DNA of 64,000 nucleotides from a virus, in IMG/VR virus record IMGVR_UViG_3300045988_151578; one strand, 5' to 3'. The first letter of the stretch is position 1; each line of letters begins with the position of its first letter. Under the pieces are notes generated by a model. It did no database searches and was not told the DNA's origin. It worked only from the letters and a program-made list of their open reading frames with translations. The position numbers and the translations under genes were made by a program. This document shows, piece by piece, positions 24,840 through 34,200 of the stretch.

Positions 24840-25676
24840 TTATTTAATTTTATCCCATAAACTACCTTCACCCCCCTCTTCTTCATCTGATTCGGATTCT
24901 TTACCCATAAATTTATATAGGTACTTATTATATCTTGCTATAGATTTATCATTAGTTAGTGAAGAAAGTTCTGGTATCCCATTACACCAAGACAAACCTT
25001 CAAATTGAGCCGTGATATAATCTGGATAATTGGGTAACCAATCCCTATCTTTCAAGAAATGATATAACTGAATAAAGTATTGATATTTATCCATATCTTT
25101 CTCAAAAGATTCTAATATGCCCGTTTTATCTGCAATCTTCTTCACATAATAATCGTGCATATCTTTTATTATCTTCTTATCTTTTGAGGATAATTCCATA
25201 TATTCCTTTTGAGCTACATAAGTTTCGGTTATAACCTCTTGCATAGATATAAGTCTTTGAACTAAATTACGGGCATTATTCATTTTAGATATGCCTATTT
25301 TTATGTACTTTATAAACCCTTCCCGGGTTTCTAATTGGAAATCCTTACAGAAGATATTACATATCTGAGCTAACTTTTTGCAATTAGTCCATTCCCTTTG
25401 TTGTGTTTCATTTATTTTCCTTACTCCCCTATGTTTTAATTTTATACGGGTAGCATATATAATATCAGCTACCAAATAGGCATCTCCCGTATCTGCTAGT
25501 AATATGTTGTTAACTTTTTTATCAATTTGTTTACTACTAACTAAAATACTTCTAGAATTTAAAGCCGTTTTCTTAGCATAAGCCAAAAAATCATCTACGG
25601 ATACATCAACTCCAAACCTATTAAAAAGGGATTTTAGTTGAGTACGAGTAATGTGAATTGAAGGTTCTCTTTTCAT
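24840..25676 (-). CDS. hypothetical replication-module protein with an acidic C-terminal tail
   Basis: 278-aa ORF between the primase and SF2 helicase genes. It ends in ..ESESDEEEGGEGSLWDKIK. No catalytic motif recognised. Confidence 0.55.
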   Translation of the reverse strand: MKREPSIHITRTQLKSLFNRFGVDVSVDDFLAYAKKTALNSRSILVSSKQIDKKVNNILLADTGDAYLVADIIYATRIKLKHRGVRKINETQQREWTNCKKLAQICNIFCKDFQLETREGFIKYIKIGISKMNNARNLVQRLISMQEVITETYVAQKEYMELSSKDKKIIKDMHDYYVKKIADKTGILESFEKDMDKYQYFIQLYHFLKDRDWLPNYPDYITAQFEGLSWCNGIPELSSLTNDKSIARYNKYLYKFMGKESESDEEEGGEGSLWDKIK

Positions 25677-25710
25677 ATATTATAATTTAAGATAAATATG
25701 AATTCTCATA

Positions 25711-26661
25711 TCATAATGAGTTCTTCATAGATATAAGCTCTTGATAATCTTGATAATGAAATTTATATACATATGATAAAACTTTATTTCTACCTAAGTC
25801 ATTGCAATCCTTACCATCTGGTAAATATACTACCTTGACTTTTTTATAAGCTACCAATTTTAAAGCTAGATTAATCGCATAAGCTTTAGCATCTGGATCT
25901 AGTAAAATAATGAATCTTTCTACCGGAGACTTAATAAGTTCGTTTACTTGATAAGCACTTATGGACTTACCCATAGTAGCTATGGCATTATTTCCCATAG
26001 TTAAAGCATTAAAGGCTCCTTCACAAATAAACACCTTAGTATACATACTAAGTGCATCATGATTGTATATTATAAATTCTTTACCTAACCCAGTAGTATC
26101 TTTATTAGGATTAGAATATCTTGGTCCTGAACCTAAAACGTTTCTAGCATTGTAATATCTTAGTTCATTACCATAGAAAAAAGGTATTATAAGATAACCA
26201 AACAGATTACCTTCATGACAATAGCCAACTCCTTGAGAGGATAGTTGATTTATATCGAATCCTCTTTTTATCACATAATTTCTAATAGATCTAGCTAACT
26301 GGGATTTACCAAACTTTATATTTATAAATCCATCTGGAAGATATACATTCTTCTTTTCGGCTAATTCTATCTTTTCTTCCTTAAACTCTAAATCGTTAAA
26401 TTCTCCTTTATTTAGAAAATCCAGAAGTTCTCCATAAGTATCAAATCCTTCTATGTCCATTATTAATTGAGCTGGAGAAGGATGAGCATTACATCTGAAA
26501 CAATTGCATCTATATAAGGATAGATTTACTCCCAACTTCTCTACTCTATGACAATAAGGACATACAGGTATCCTCATCCATCCATGTTTATAATCCCAAG
26601 CTCCTAGCCTTTTTACAAAATAGGACTTTAATTGAGATTTAAAGTGATTGGTTATTTTCAT
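25711..26661 (-). CDS. DNA primase (zinc finger plus TOPRIM)
   Basis: Zinc finger CPYCH..(14 aa)..CFRCNAH. TOPRIM acidic motifs ICEGAFNALTMG and ILLDPDA. Confidence 0.8.
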   Translation of the reverse strand: MKITNHFKSQLKSYFVKRLGAWDYKHGWMRIPVCPYCHRVEKLGVNLSLYRCNCFRCNAHPSPAQLIMDIEGFDTYGELLDFLNKGEFNDLEFKEEKIELAEKKNVYLPDGFINIKFGKSQLARSIRNYVIKRGFDINQLSSQGVGYCHEGNLFGYLIIPFFYGNELRYYNARNVLGSGPRYSNPNKDTTGLGKEFIIYNHDALSMYTKVFICEGAFNALTMGNNAIATMGKSISAYQVNELIKSPVERFIILLDPDAKAYAINLALKLVAYKKVKVVYLPDGKDCNDLGRNKVLSYVYKFHYQDYQELISMKNSL

Positions 26662-26821
26662 GTTCCTTCAAGAAATTATTTATGGTTTTTCTTATTTTCT
26701 TAATATCTCTTATACTAAGACAACCTATTGAAGTATATTGCCAACCATTTTGGCTTATACTTAAACGGTATCCTCCAAACCTTTTAGTAATCTCTACGAC
26801 GGGTAATTTCTTTTTGTTCAT
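26639..26821 (-). CDS. small hypothetical protein (start taken at 26821)
   Basis: The ATG at 26821 (MNKKKLPVV..) begins 2 nt after the helicase stop codon. The longer track ORF (to 26866) would overlap the helicase by 44 nt. Confidence 0.4.
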   Translation of the reverse strand: MNKKKLPVVEITKRFGGYRLSISQNGWQYTSIGCLSIRDIKKIRKTINNFLKEHENNQSL

Positions 26822-26822
26822 A

Positions 26823-28265
26823 TTATATATCTCCATTAAGTTTATTACGTTTTTCTGGATCTGCATCTGGATTTACTCTTTTGGTTTTACCCTTAAGTTT
26901 TTCATCCAATTTAGAACCATATATTTGGTCATAATTCTTTCTTTGCTCTTTAGTGAATTCTACTGCACGTTGCCTATCTACATCTACTTTAAATAGAGCT
27001 CTTCCAAAAGGAACTCCATCTCTATTTACTACTATCTCCAATCTTTGAATATTATCTTTCTCTTCTTGAACTGTAGCATTTAAACCAAGTATACACTGAG
27101 CATTACGAACAATAGATATAGCTCCGGATATATCATTTTCCTCATACCTAGTTTCCCTATGTTTAGCACCTTCTCTAGTAATATGATTAGCAGTCCATAT
27201 ACAATCTAATTGCATCTCATCAGCAAGATTTTGAATATCTACATATATATTAGATATCCTATCAAAATCTTCCTTATCCCTATTTATTGAAGCCAATTTA
27301 GCAGCATAGTCTATCATAACTACCCTAATATCTATACCCTGGTTACGAAGTTTTATTATCATATTCCTTATATAATTACAATCTGTAATCATAGCAGGGA
27401 CTCTATCAACTATAAACTCAACTCCAAATCTTGAAAGCTTTCTCATATGTTTAGCTTCAAGTTTATCATAATCTCCAGAATATAATTCCTTCTTAGTTTT
27501 ATTAATAGAAGACTGGATCATACGGTCCATTATTTGGGTTTTACCATTTTCTGTATCTATATATAAAACCGACTTCTTCATTCTAAGATAACCTCTTGCA
27601 GTATTAATCAGGAAGAAAGTTTTCTTAGCTTTAGGCTTATCCAATAATACTATCACGGATCCTGAAGGAAAACCATTAGCATTGGTAAGTTGATTTAATT
27701 GCCTAAAAGGAGAAGGTATAACATCAGGTTCTGCTTGACGTTTAAACTGTCTTTCGGTTATATCCCTAATAAGATATATAGGTTCATCCTCTTGCTTAGG
27801 TTTAGACTTCTTAAGGATCTGATCTACTTTCTTAGCATATTCCTCATACTGATCAAAGTTATTTAGATCAAAAGAATCATTTAAGTTCTTCATCTCAATA
27901 TAAGTAGAGAACTTATAAATCTTCTCTTGAATAAAATCAGCATCCTTTAGAGGTTCCTCATATAAATTACGTATAATCTTAAAAATGTTAGGAATATCAT
28001 CCTTAGTAACTAAATCCACATATTCTTTAGATTCTAGTAATTCTTTTACTACTTCTTTTAGGATATTTTGAGAAGGAACATGAGAAGTTCTTTTATAATA
28101 CTTAAACAATGCCTCGGCTATTAAAGCATGTTCTATTAAAACAAGATAACTGGGTTTAATCCTTTTAATGAGTAAACCCATCTCCTTCCCCTGAATTAAA
28201 AATCTGAGTATTTCTAATTGGAAGTCCGTACTAAACTCAAACTTTACTTTATTACGATTATTCAT
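26823..28265 (-). CDS. DnaB-family replicative helicase
   Basis: RecA-like core with a degenerate Walker A (LLDKPKAKKTFFLIN), YIDTENGK, Walker B VVMIDYAAKL, and ISIVRNAQCILGL. It is adjacent to the primase gene. Confidence 0.7.
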   Translation of the reverse strand: MNNRNKVKFEFSTDFQLEILRFLIQGKEMGLLIKRIKPSYLVLIEHALIAEALFKYYKRTSHVPSQNILKEVVKELLESKEYVDLVTKDDIPNIFKIIRNLYEEPLKDADFIQEKIYKFSTYIEMKNLNDSFDLNNFDQYEEYAKKVDQILKKSKPKQEDEPIYLIRDITERQFKRQAEPDVIPSPFRQLNQLTNANGFPSGSVIVLLDKPKAKKTFFLINTARGYLRMKKSVLYIDTENGKTQIMDRMIQSSINKTKKELYSGDYDKLEAKHMRKLSRFGVEFIVDRVPAMITDCNYIRNMIIKLRNQGIDIRVVMIDYAAKLASINRDKEDFDRISNIYVDIQNLADEMQLDCIWTANHITREGAKHRETRYEENDISGAISIVRNAQCILGLNATVQEEKDNIQRLEIVVNRDGVPFGRALFKVDVDRQRAVEFTKEQRKNYDQIYGSKLDEKLKGKTKRVNPDADPEKRNKLNGDI

Positions 28266-28291
28266 GTTTATAAGATTTTTAATAACTAATA

Positions 28292-28308
28292 GTTATATAT
28301 TACTATAG
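28292..28308 (-). promoter_or_regulatory. CTAT-N5-TATATAAC box (candidate phage-specific promoter) upstream of the helicase operon
   Basis: The minus strand reads CTATAGTAATATATAAC, ending 26 nt before the ATG at 28265. The same 17-nt pattern is found at 49410-49426 and 57014-57030. Confidence 0.4.
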
Positions 28309-28394
28309 TAGGTGGAAATGAGCCTGAGACCGGGTAGATTCATCTTAGTCTACTCCTTAATCCTCAGCTATATTTATAAATATATATGTATTTA

Positions 28395-28426
28395 TTTGCA
28401 TATATAAAATAAATATTATATATTTG
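28395..28426 (+). promoter_or_regulatory. Bacteroidota-type promoter, conserved cassette copy 4 (plus strand)
   Basis: TTTG (28395-28398), 20-nt spacer, TATATTTG (28419-28426). The ATG at 28454 lies 27 nt downstream. Confidence 0.8.
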
Positions 28427-28453
28427 CAAATATTATTATAATTTTACACCGAT

Positions 28454-29104
28454 ATGAAAAGAGAAAGTTACAATGGTTCCGAGATACATCGACTAAAACC
28501 TATGAAAGATTATGATGAAAAGGTTTTTATGAAGATGTATAATCTATGTAAACCCGTGATTAAAAATTTGGTATATCATATAGACTATAGGAGATTTAAC
28601 CTTACTCCTGATATTATAGAATCTTACTTTTGGGATAAGATGCTATATGTTTTCAATAAATACTATGATTCTTCTACTGAAGAACATTTAAAAGCCAGGA
28701 TATTAGCTTCTTTAAGTACTTATAAGAATAAATTATTAAGATATGCTTATAGTGATAAGGCTTCATATAATCAGAAATTATCTAAACTAGAAGATTTATT
28801 AGATAAGGATAAAGAAAGTTTAGATGATTCGGGAGATAATGAAGCTCTATCTGAAATGTGGGAGATGCTTAAAGATTATATGTATAAAAATCTATCAGAA
28901 GATGCTAAGCTTATTTTTGAATGTTTAGTTAGTCCTCCTCCATATATAAAGGAAAGAATCAAAGAGGGTAGTAGAATAACTAACATGATATTACTAGAGT
29001 TTTTTGATATGCCTCGTACTAAGAGTTCTCTAAAATATATATCCGAAATAAGGGAGGATATTAATTACTGGTTAGATAGAGCTAAAAAGGATTTACATTA
29101 TTAA
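28454..29104 (+). CDS. putative phage-encoded sigma-70-family factor
   Basis: This is the only convincing plus-strand gene. Region-2-like segment: YDEKVFMKMYNLCKPVIKNLV..TPDIIESYFWDKMLYVFNKY. Region-4-like segment: LSEDAKLIFECLV..ITNMILLEFFDMPRTKSSLKYISEIRED. Confidence 0.45.
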   Translation: MKRESYNGSEIHRLKPMKDYDEKVFMKMYNLCKPVIKNLVYHIDYRRFNLTPDIIESYFWDKMLYVFNKYYDSSTEEHLKARILASLSTYKNKLLRYAYSDKASYNQKLSKLEDLLDKDKESLDDSGDNEALSEMWEMLKDYMYKNLSEDAKLIFECLVSPPPYIKERIKEGSRITNMILLEFFDMPRTKSSLKYISEIREDINYWLDRAKKDLHY

Positions 29105-29111
29105 ATACACT

Positions 29112-29143
29112 AAATAAGGCAGAGGAATTCCTCTGCCTTATTT
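29112..29143. terminator. bidirectional terminator between convergent genes
   Basis: Perfect palindrome AAGGCAGAGGAATTCCTCTGCCTT (29116-29139), extended by AAAT/ATTT. T-rich sequence follows on both strands. Confidence 0.75.
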
Positions 29144-29149
29144 TAACGA

Positions 29150-30556
29150 TTATTTTTTACGGATAAGTACTAGTGTTATATGTGGTGGTAATATTACTAT
29201 AGATTTTTGAGATGTTTGAGCTTTAACTTGATCTTCACTTTCTATTTGATTAGTAGTATAACCCCATTGCCTATTATCCTTATCATAATGTTTCTGTAAG
29301 TTAACATAAGGAGCAGGTGTTTTACCACTCCATACATTTACGGATGAACCACAATCTCCAGTAGTTAACATTGGATTATCCGCTGGTCCTGATTCTCCAC
29401 TCATAGCAGTATCCTGAATTCCTAACATATGTTTATGCAATGGTAACTCGGATTTATCTATGGTGAATTCATAAGTAGAATTAAATCCTCCAGTTTGGCC
29501 TGGAACATTAAAGTATATATTATCTTTAATACTTAATCCACCCTCTTTATAGCCTATTATAACTCTTCCTGCACCCTTATTGTACATCTCCCATCCATCG
29601 GGTATTTCCAGAGATTCCCATAACATAATAGCTCCTGAAGGAACTAGGGCATTCTTAAGTTCAGTCTGTACATAATCTTTTAATGAAGCTATTTGCTCAT
29701 CTATATAATCTGTAACATTTTGCCCTTCATCACTATCTTCAGTAAGATTACCAAACAGTTTATCATAATTAGATAAACAATCCATTACATATTTATGTAT
29801 AGCTGCAGTATAGGGTATATTATTTGGCCAATTATGATTATAGGGTATTAGACCATAATCTATCATTACTCCATCTACTGATCTTCTACCATATACTCCA
29901 ATCAAGGTATGGTATATATCATCACTTGGTTTTTCACTACCAAGTATATTTTCAAATACTAACCCTGATAGTCCTTCGAAAGAAAATACTGAAGTATCAT
30001 ATAAATCATGACGAGTTTTTTCGTTTTCCCATCCATCCCATTTAGTAGGATCCCGGGATATCTGATATAGATTATAGAACGAAGTTTTACTTTGTACATC
30101 ATTAGATGTAATGTTTATGTTATCATGATTGAGATAATAAGCTTCAAATGCTAAGGTATCCGGTTTGGCTTCGGTATCTGGCCTATGCTTAGCAAATATG
30201 GCAATATCATACTCTTGGTCATTGCCCGTATTATTAGAATTAGCCATAGGCACTGTAATATCCTGATCAGTAGCATGTAAATAACCATCAGAAGTTATAC
30301 ATACATTTACTGCTTGAATATTCTTGTTAATAGCCACATTATGGGATTTAGCTAGGGCTTTTATATAATTAAGGATAGCTTTATTATCCTCTTTAACTGA
30401 TGATGAATAACCTATAGTTACTACATCTCCACTCTTTCTGAAGTTATTAAATCCACATATAGGACCTATGCCTTTAGTCATACATATAGCTTGGCTTAAA
30501 TCCCAAGATTTAATATTACTTTCAAAATTAAAGTACGTCTTATAACTATTAGCCAT
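29150..30556 (-). CDS. tail fibre / receptor-binding protein with a tail-collar domain
   Basis: VPSGAIMLWESLEIPDGWEMYNKGAGRVIIG matches the phage tail-collar motif (G.I..w....iP.GW..c.G). It is the last gene of the tail module. Confidence 0.6.
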   Translation of the reverse strand: MANSYKTYFNFESNIKSWDLSQAICMTKGIGPICGFNNFRKSGDVVTIGYSSSVKEDNKAILNYIKALAKSHNVAINKNIQAVNVCITSDGYLHATDQDITVPMANSNNTGNDQEYDIAIFAKHRPDTEAKPDTLAFEAYYLNHDNINITSNDVQSKTSFYNLYQISRDPTKWDGWENEKTRHDLYDTSVFSFEGLSGLVFENILGSEKPSDDIYHTLIGVYGRRSVDGVMIDYGLIPYNHNWPNNIPYTAAIHKYVMDCLSNYDKLFGNLTEDSDEGQNVTDYIDEQIASLKDYVQTELKNALVPSGAIMLWESLEIPDGWEMYNKGAGRVIIGYKEGGLSIKDNIYFNVPGQTGGFNSTYEFTIDKSELPLHKHMLGIQDTAMSGESGPADNPMLTTGDCGSSVNVWSGKTPAPYVNLQKHYDKDNRQWGYTTNQIESEDQVKAQTSQKSIVILPPHITLVLIRKK

Positions 30557-30561
30557 AATTA

Positions 30562-31212
30562 TTATTTATTAAGGTTGTGATAAAAATCTAACTTTATATT
30601 ATCATAGATCATTTTTATATTAGTGTAGCATCTATCCTCATTATACCCACCATCATTATAGATTTCTGATTCTATAGATTCGGATACTTGTTTAACCCAA
30701 TTATCTATCTCAGTATAATGGGATAATTTATTTGATTGATACCTATACACATCAAATTTTGAATTTATATCCTCAAATAGGTTCTGTACTAATTGATGTA
30801 TCTTCCCTTCGGTTTTTGGTTTATTTACTATATTGTTTTCTACTAATACCCTTTTTACTAACCCAATAGTCTTTAAAAGAGCTAAATCAAAGATAGTATT
30901 TGAAGTAGTCTTTATCCTTAGTTGAGTTTCTGGTATTAAACCATCAGCTAAATCTTCAATGATCTCATTGCTTTTTTTAACTGTCTCATTTAACTGAATC
31001 AATTGTGTAGTATAATTACTTATAATACCATCGATTAAATTCTTAAACCAAACAAAACAGGATATCATTAAAGCTGCTGATAAGATTAAAAAGATAGCAC
31101 AGATTATGACCGTTATACCATAATCTTGAATACCCTTAGCCAATTGAACAGAAGCATTAGTGGCCTGTGATACTTTATCCAGGCCACTAGTTGTTAATAG
31201 AAGATTTACCAT
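30562..31212 (-). CDS. membrane-anchored hypothetical protein
   Basis: One strong hydrophobic helix (GITVIICAIFLILSAALMISCFVWF) near the N-terminus. The rest is predicted helical. It lies between two fibre genes. Confidence 0.5.
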   Translation of the reverse strand: MVNLLLTTSGLDKVSQATNASVQLAKGIQDYGITVIICAIFLILSAALMISCFVWFKNLIDGIISNYTTQLIQLNETVKKSNEIIEDLADGLIPETQLRIKTTSNTIFDLALLKTIGLVKRVLVENNIVNKPKTEGKIHQLVQNLFEDINSKFDVYRYQSNKLSHYTEIDNWVKQVSESIESEIYNDGGYNEDRCYTNIKMIYDNIKLDFYHNLNK

Positions 31213-31216
31213 AATA

Positions 31217-34200
31217 TTACTTATTTAAAATTAAAGTTAATTCAGAAGAATACTTGCCTGTTGTTGGTTTATATATAGACTTAAGTTGTAAGTTCTCCTT
31301 TACTATCTGTACTTTATCTCCTATTTTAAAGGTAGTATTTACTAACTCTTTAAAGTCTTCATTATTATCTTGCAATATAACTTTTAATTCTTGAGTATCA
31401 TCACCAGAATATCTTCTTAACAGTATATTATGTACAGACAATGTCCAATAACCATCTAAAGGACCTTGGTCATTATTGATGGTGTTAAAGAAATCATTAG
31501 TACTATCACCTATATCCTTTGGACCAATACTAAGAGTAAGTGGACCAAGAGTATTAGTAGATAACAACAAATCCATACTTACCAACTGATATCTGGTACC
31601 AGTTAACATATTCTTAAATTTTACGGTTATCTCATAATCTTTTAACCCTCCTACAGCTTCGCTTAAAACTAATTTAGCTGTTATGTCTGAGTTATCATCA
31701 CACTTATATACATAAGTACCAAAATCAAAAAAGCTAACCACTAATGGAGTTTTACCCGAAATAGGGGAAGGCTGACTACTTTCAGGATCTTTCATATCGG
31801 CTGATGATAAGCTTACATTTACTCCTTCTAGATAATCTCCGTTTTCATTTCTTGCTTTAAGTGTACTTACATTTTGTTTATTAATAACACTACTACTACT
31901 TGGATCCCATATTAAAGAAGAAACTTCAGAACTAATAGTACCAGATCTACATACAAAAGTACTCTTAGAGAATATATCTCCATACACTACTTTTAATGTA
32001 GTACTACCTATACCCAGTGAATAATCAAATTTGTAGGTATCCCCATATTGCTGTATATTAGTTTCTACTAAACTCCATTGTGATTCAGGTAAAGTTACCA
32101 ATCCCATATCACTATATACTTTGACTTTACTCAGATCCAAATCTTGTATGTAATTACCCTTTGAGTCTTTAACTTTAAAAGATACTTTTATAGTACCAGG
32201 AGAAGTTAAAGCTTCAGATTGAGGCTCTATCTCTACAGATTTTGGATAAGTAACATCATTAACTACAAAATCAGCAGATAACTCGGGATTATCATTAGAT
32301 TTAAATGTATAAGTACCTGGAGCAGTTGCTCTAAATGTAACAGGTGAACCATTTAATGAACCATCTGGCATTACTATCTTATAAGTATTAGATGATATTG
32401 CCTGCTCATTAGTGTCAACCAGATATACATTAGTATCAGCTGTACCAGAACTGGGCATATCCAAAGTCTTAGGATCACATACTATACCTCCAACTGTTTG
32501 AGAAGAACTTAATATTGTAAATGTTGCTGAAGCTAAAGGCTTATCTGTTTCTCCTATTTGGTCTATAACACTTGACTTTATGGTATAGGTACCTATTAAA
32601 CTGTTATCATTGGGTAACCCACTTCCTATTAGTGTTAAAGTATTGCCTGATACATTTTCAAAGCCAGGTACTAATTTATTATCCTTATATAAACTATAAT
32701 TTAAACTATTAGCTACACTAGGTTTATTCGTAGTGACGTTTACCTGTATAGTTACTTTACCGTCTTCTGGTCTGTATACCACTGTTGAAGGAGTACAAGT
32801 TATCACTACTTGCAATGATAGATCTTCTACTTTAACTTCACAGTTGGTATATAACCCAGAATATCTAGTCCATCCTATATGATTATTTTCTATTGTATCA
32901 CCGATATTATAGGTCTTACCTGTTTCTGTACCTGATACATTAGAATCTTTATTCGGGTCATAATCTTCAGGTAGAATATATTCCCTAATGGTATCTGGGT
33001 ATTCAGCTGTTTCTCCATCTATACTCCCCAATATCCTAAATTTAGCCTTATCATCTTCTGAAGCTAATTTATATATGGCTCTGGTAGTTTTGGTATTCCA
33101 ATCACTTTCAAGTGGTGATACCCAATTCTTAGTATCTATGGGAGAAATATAACTACTCTTTACATCCATTATGGCTATAGGAGTATAGTTTACATATCCT
33201 AATTTAGAAGTTAATTGTAGAGTATAACCATGGTTTATATTACCATTTAGTATATCTACTCTAAACTTTACTGGAACATTACCAAAACCATCTGGGAATA
33301 ATTCTTTGAAACCGCTTGTTGAAGGTCCTATATATGGTACGGTATAATCTATATCCCCATTTTCAAAAAGATTAACTTGACTAGCATCCATATCATACCA
33401 ATAAGGAGTTATAGTATATATGTATGGCCACTCATCTTTATCATCTTCGGTATTATTAGAAGAACTACCACTAAAAAGTAATTTACTCTTAGCTTTAACT
33501 ACTAACCTTATACCACTAACAAATCTTAAACCTTCAGTATCATGTGATTCATCTACTGTAGGCCTTACCTTAAACTTAAATGTACGTTCACTGTCTGAAG
33601 AAGATAATAATTGTATGCCCTCATTATTTACCTTGTTATTTTCAAGATAAACCGTAGAGGGTGAAAATTCATATTTATATGAACCATCAAATACTCCCCA
33701 ACCCCTTTCTAATAAGTAAGTACTTACGTTTATTTGATTTGGGTCCATAGTACAATAGAAGTAATACATTACTCCAGTAGAAGGAGGAGTAAATATATCT
33801 CCATAGGAATATTCCTCTGGTGATCCTATGCGTTTAATCTTAAGTAACTTTGGGTTATTTATAAACTTTGGGTCCTTAGTATCTACTATAAGCTTAACTT
33901 TAAAATCAGATAAAGGCTGATCCATGTTTTCTTGTGATGCCTTATATTCTGAAACGTAAGTGCTTATATCCTCATTTGGGTTACCCATCAATACTTTATA
34001 GGTATATTCTGGGTATGACATGACATTATAAACTTTAGTAGACTGAGGGTTACCTTTATTGTCTAATAAATAAAACCTATAAGTACCAGGTAACTTAGCT
34101 TTGTAAATATTACCTGATACTTCAATGTTACTTGGACTGTAGTATACCTGAAGATTATTATCTACTATGGTTTTCTCATCTTCTACACTATTAGATCCCC

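Noticed and set aside
28427-28434. A minus-strand host-type -7 box (AATATTTG) that could drive the helicase operon
   Set aside because: The first base mismatches TAnnTTTG. No TTTG lies about 20 nt upstream on that strand.
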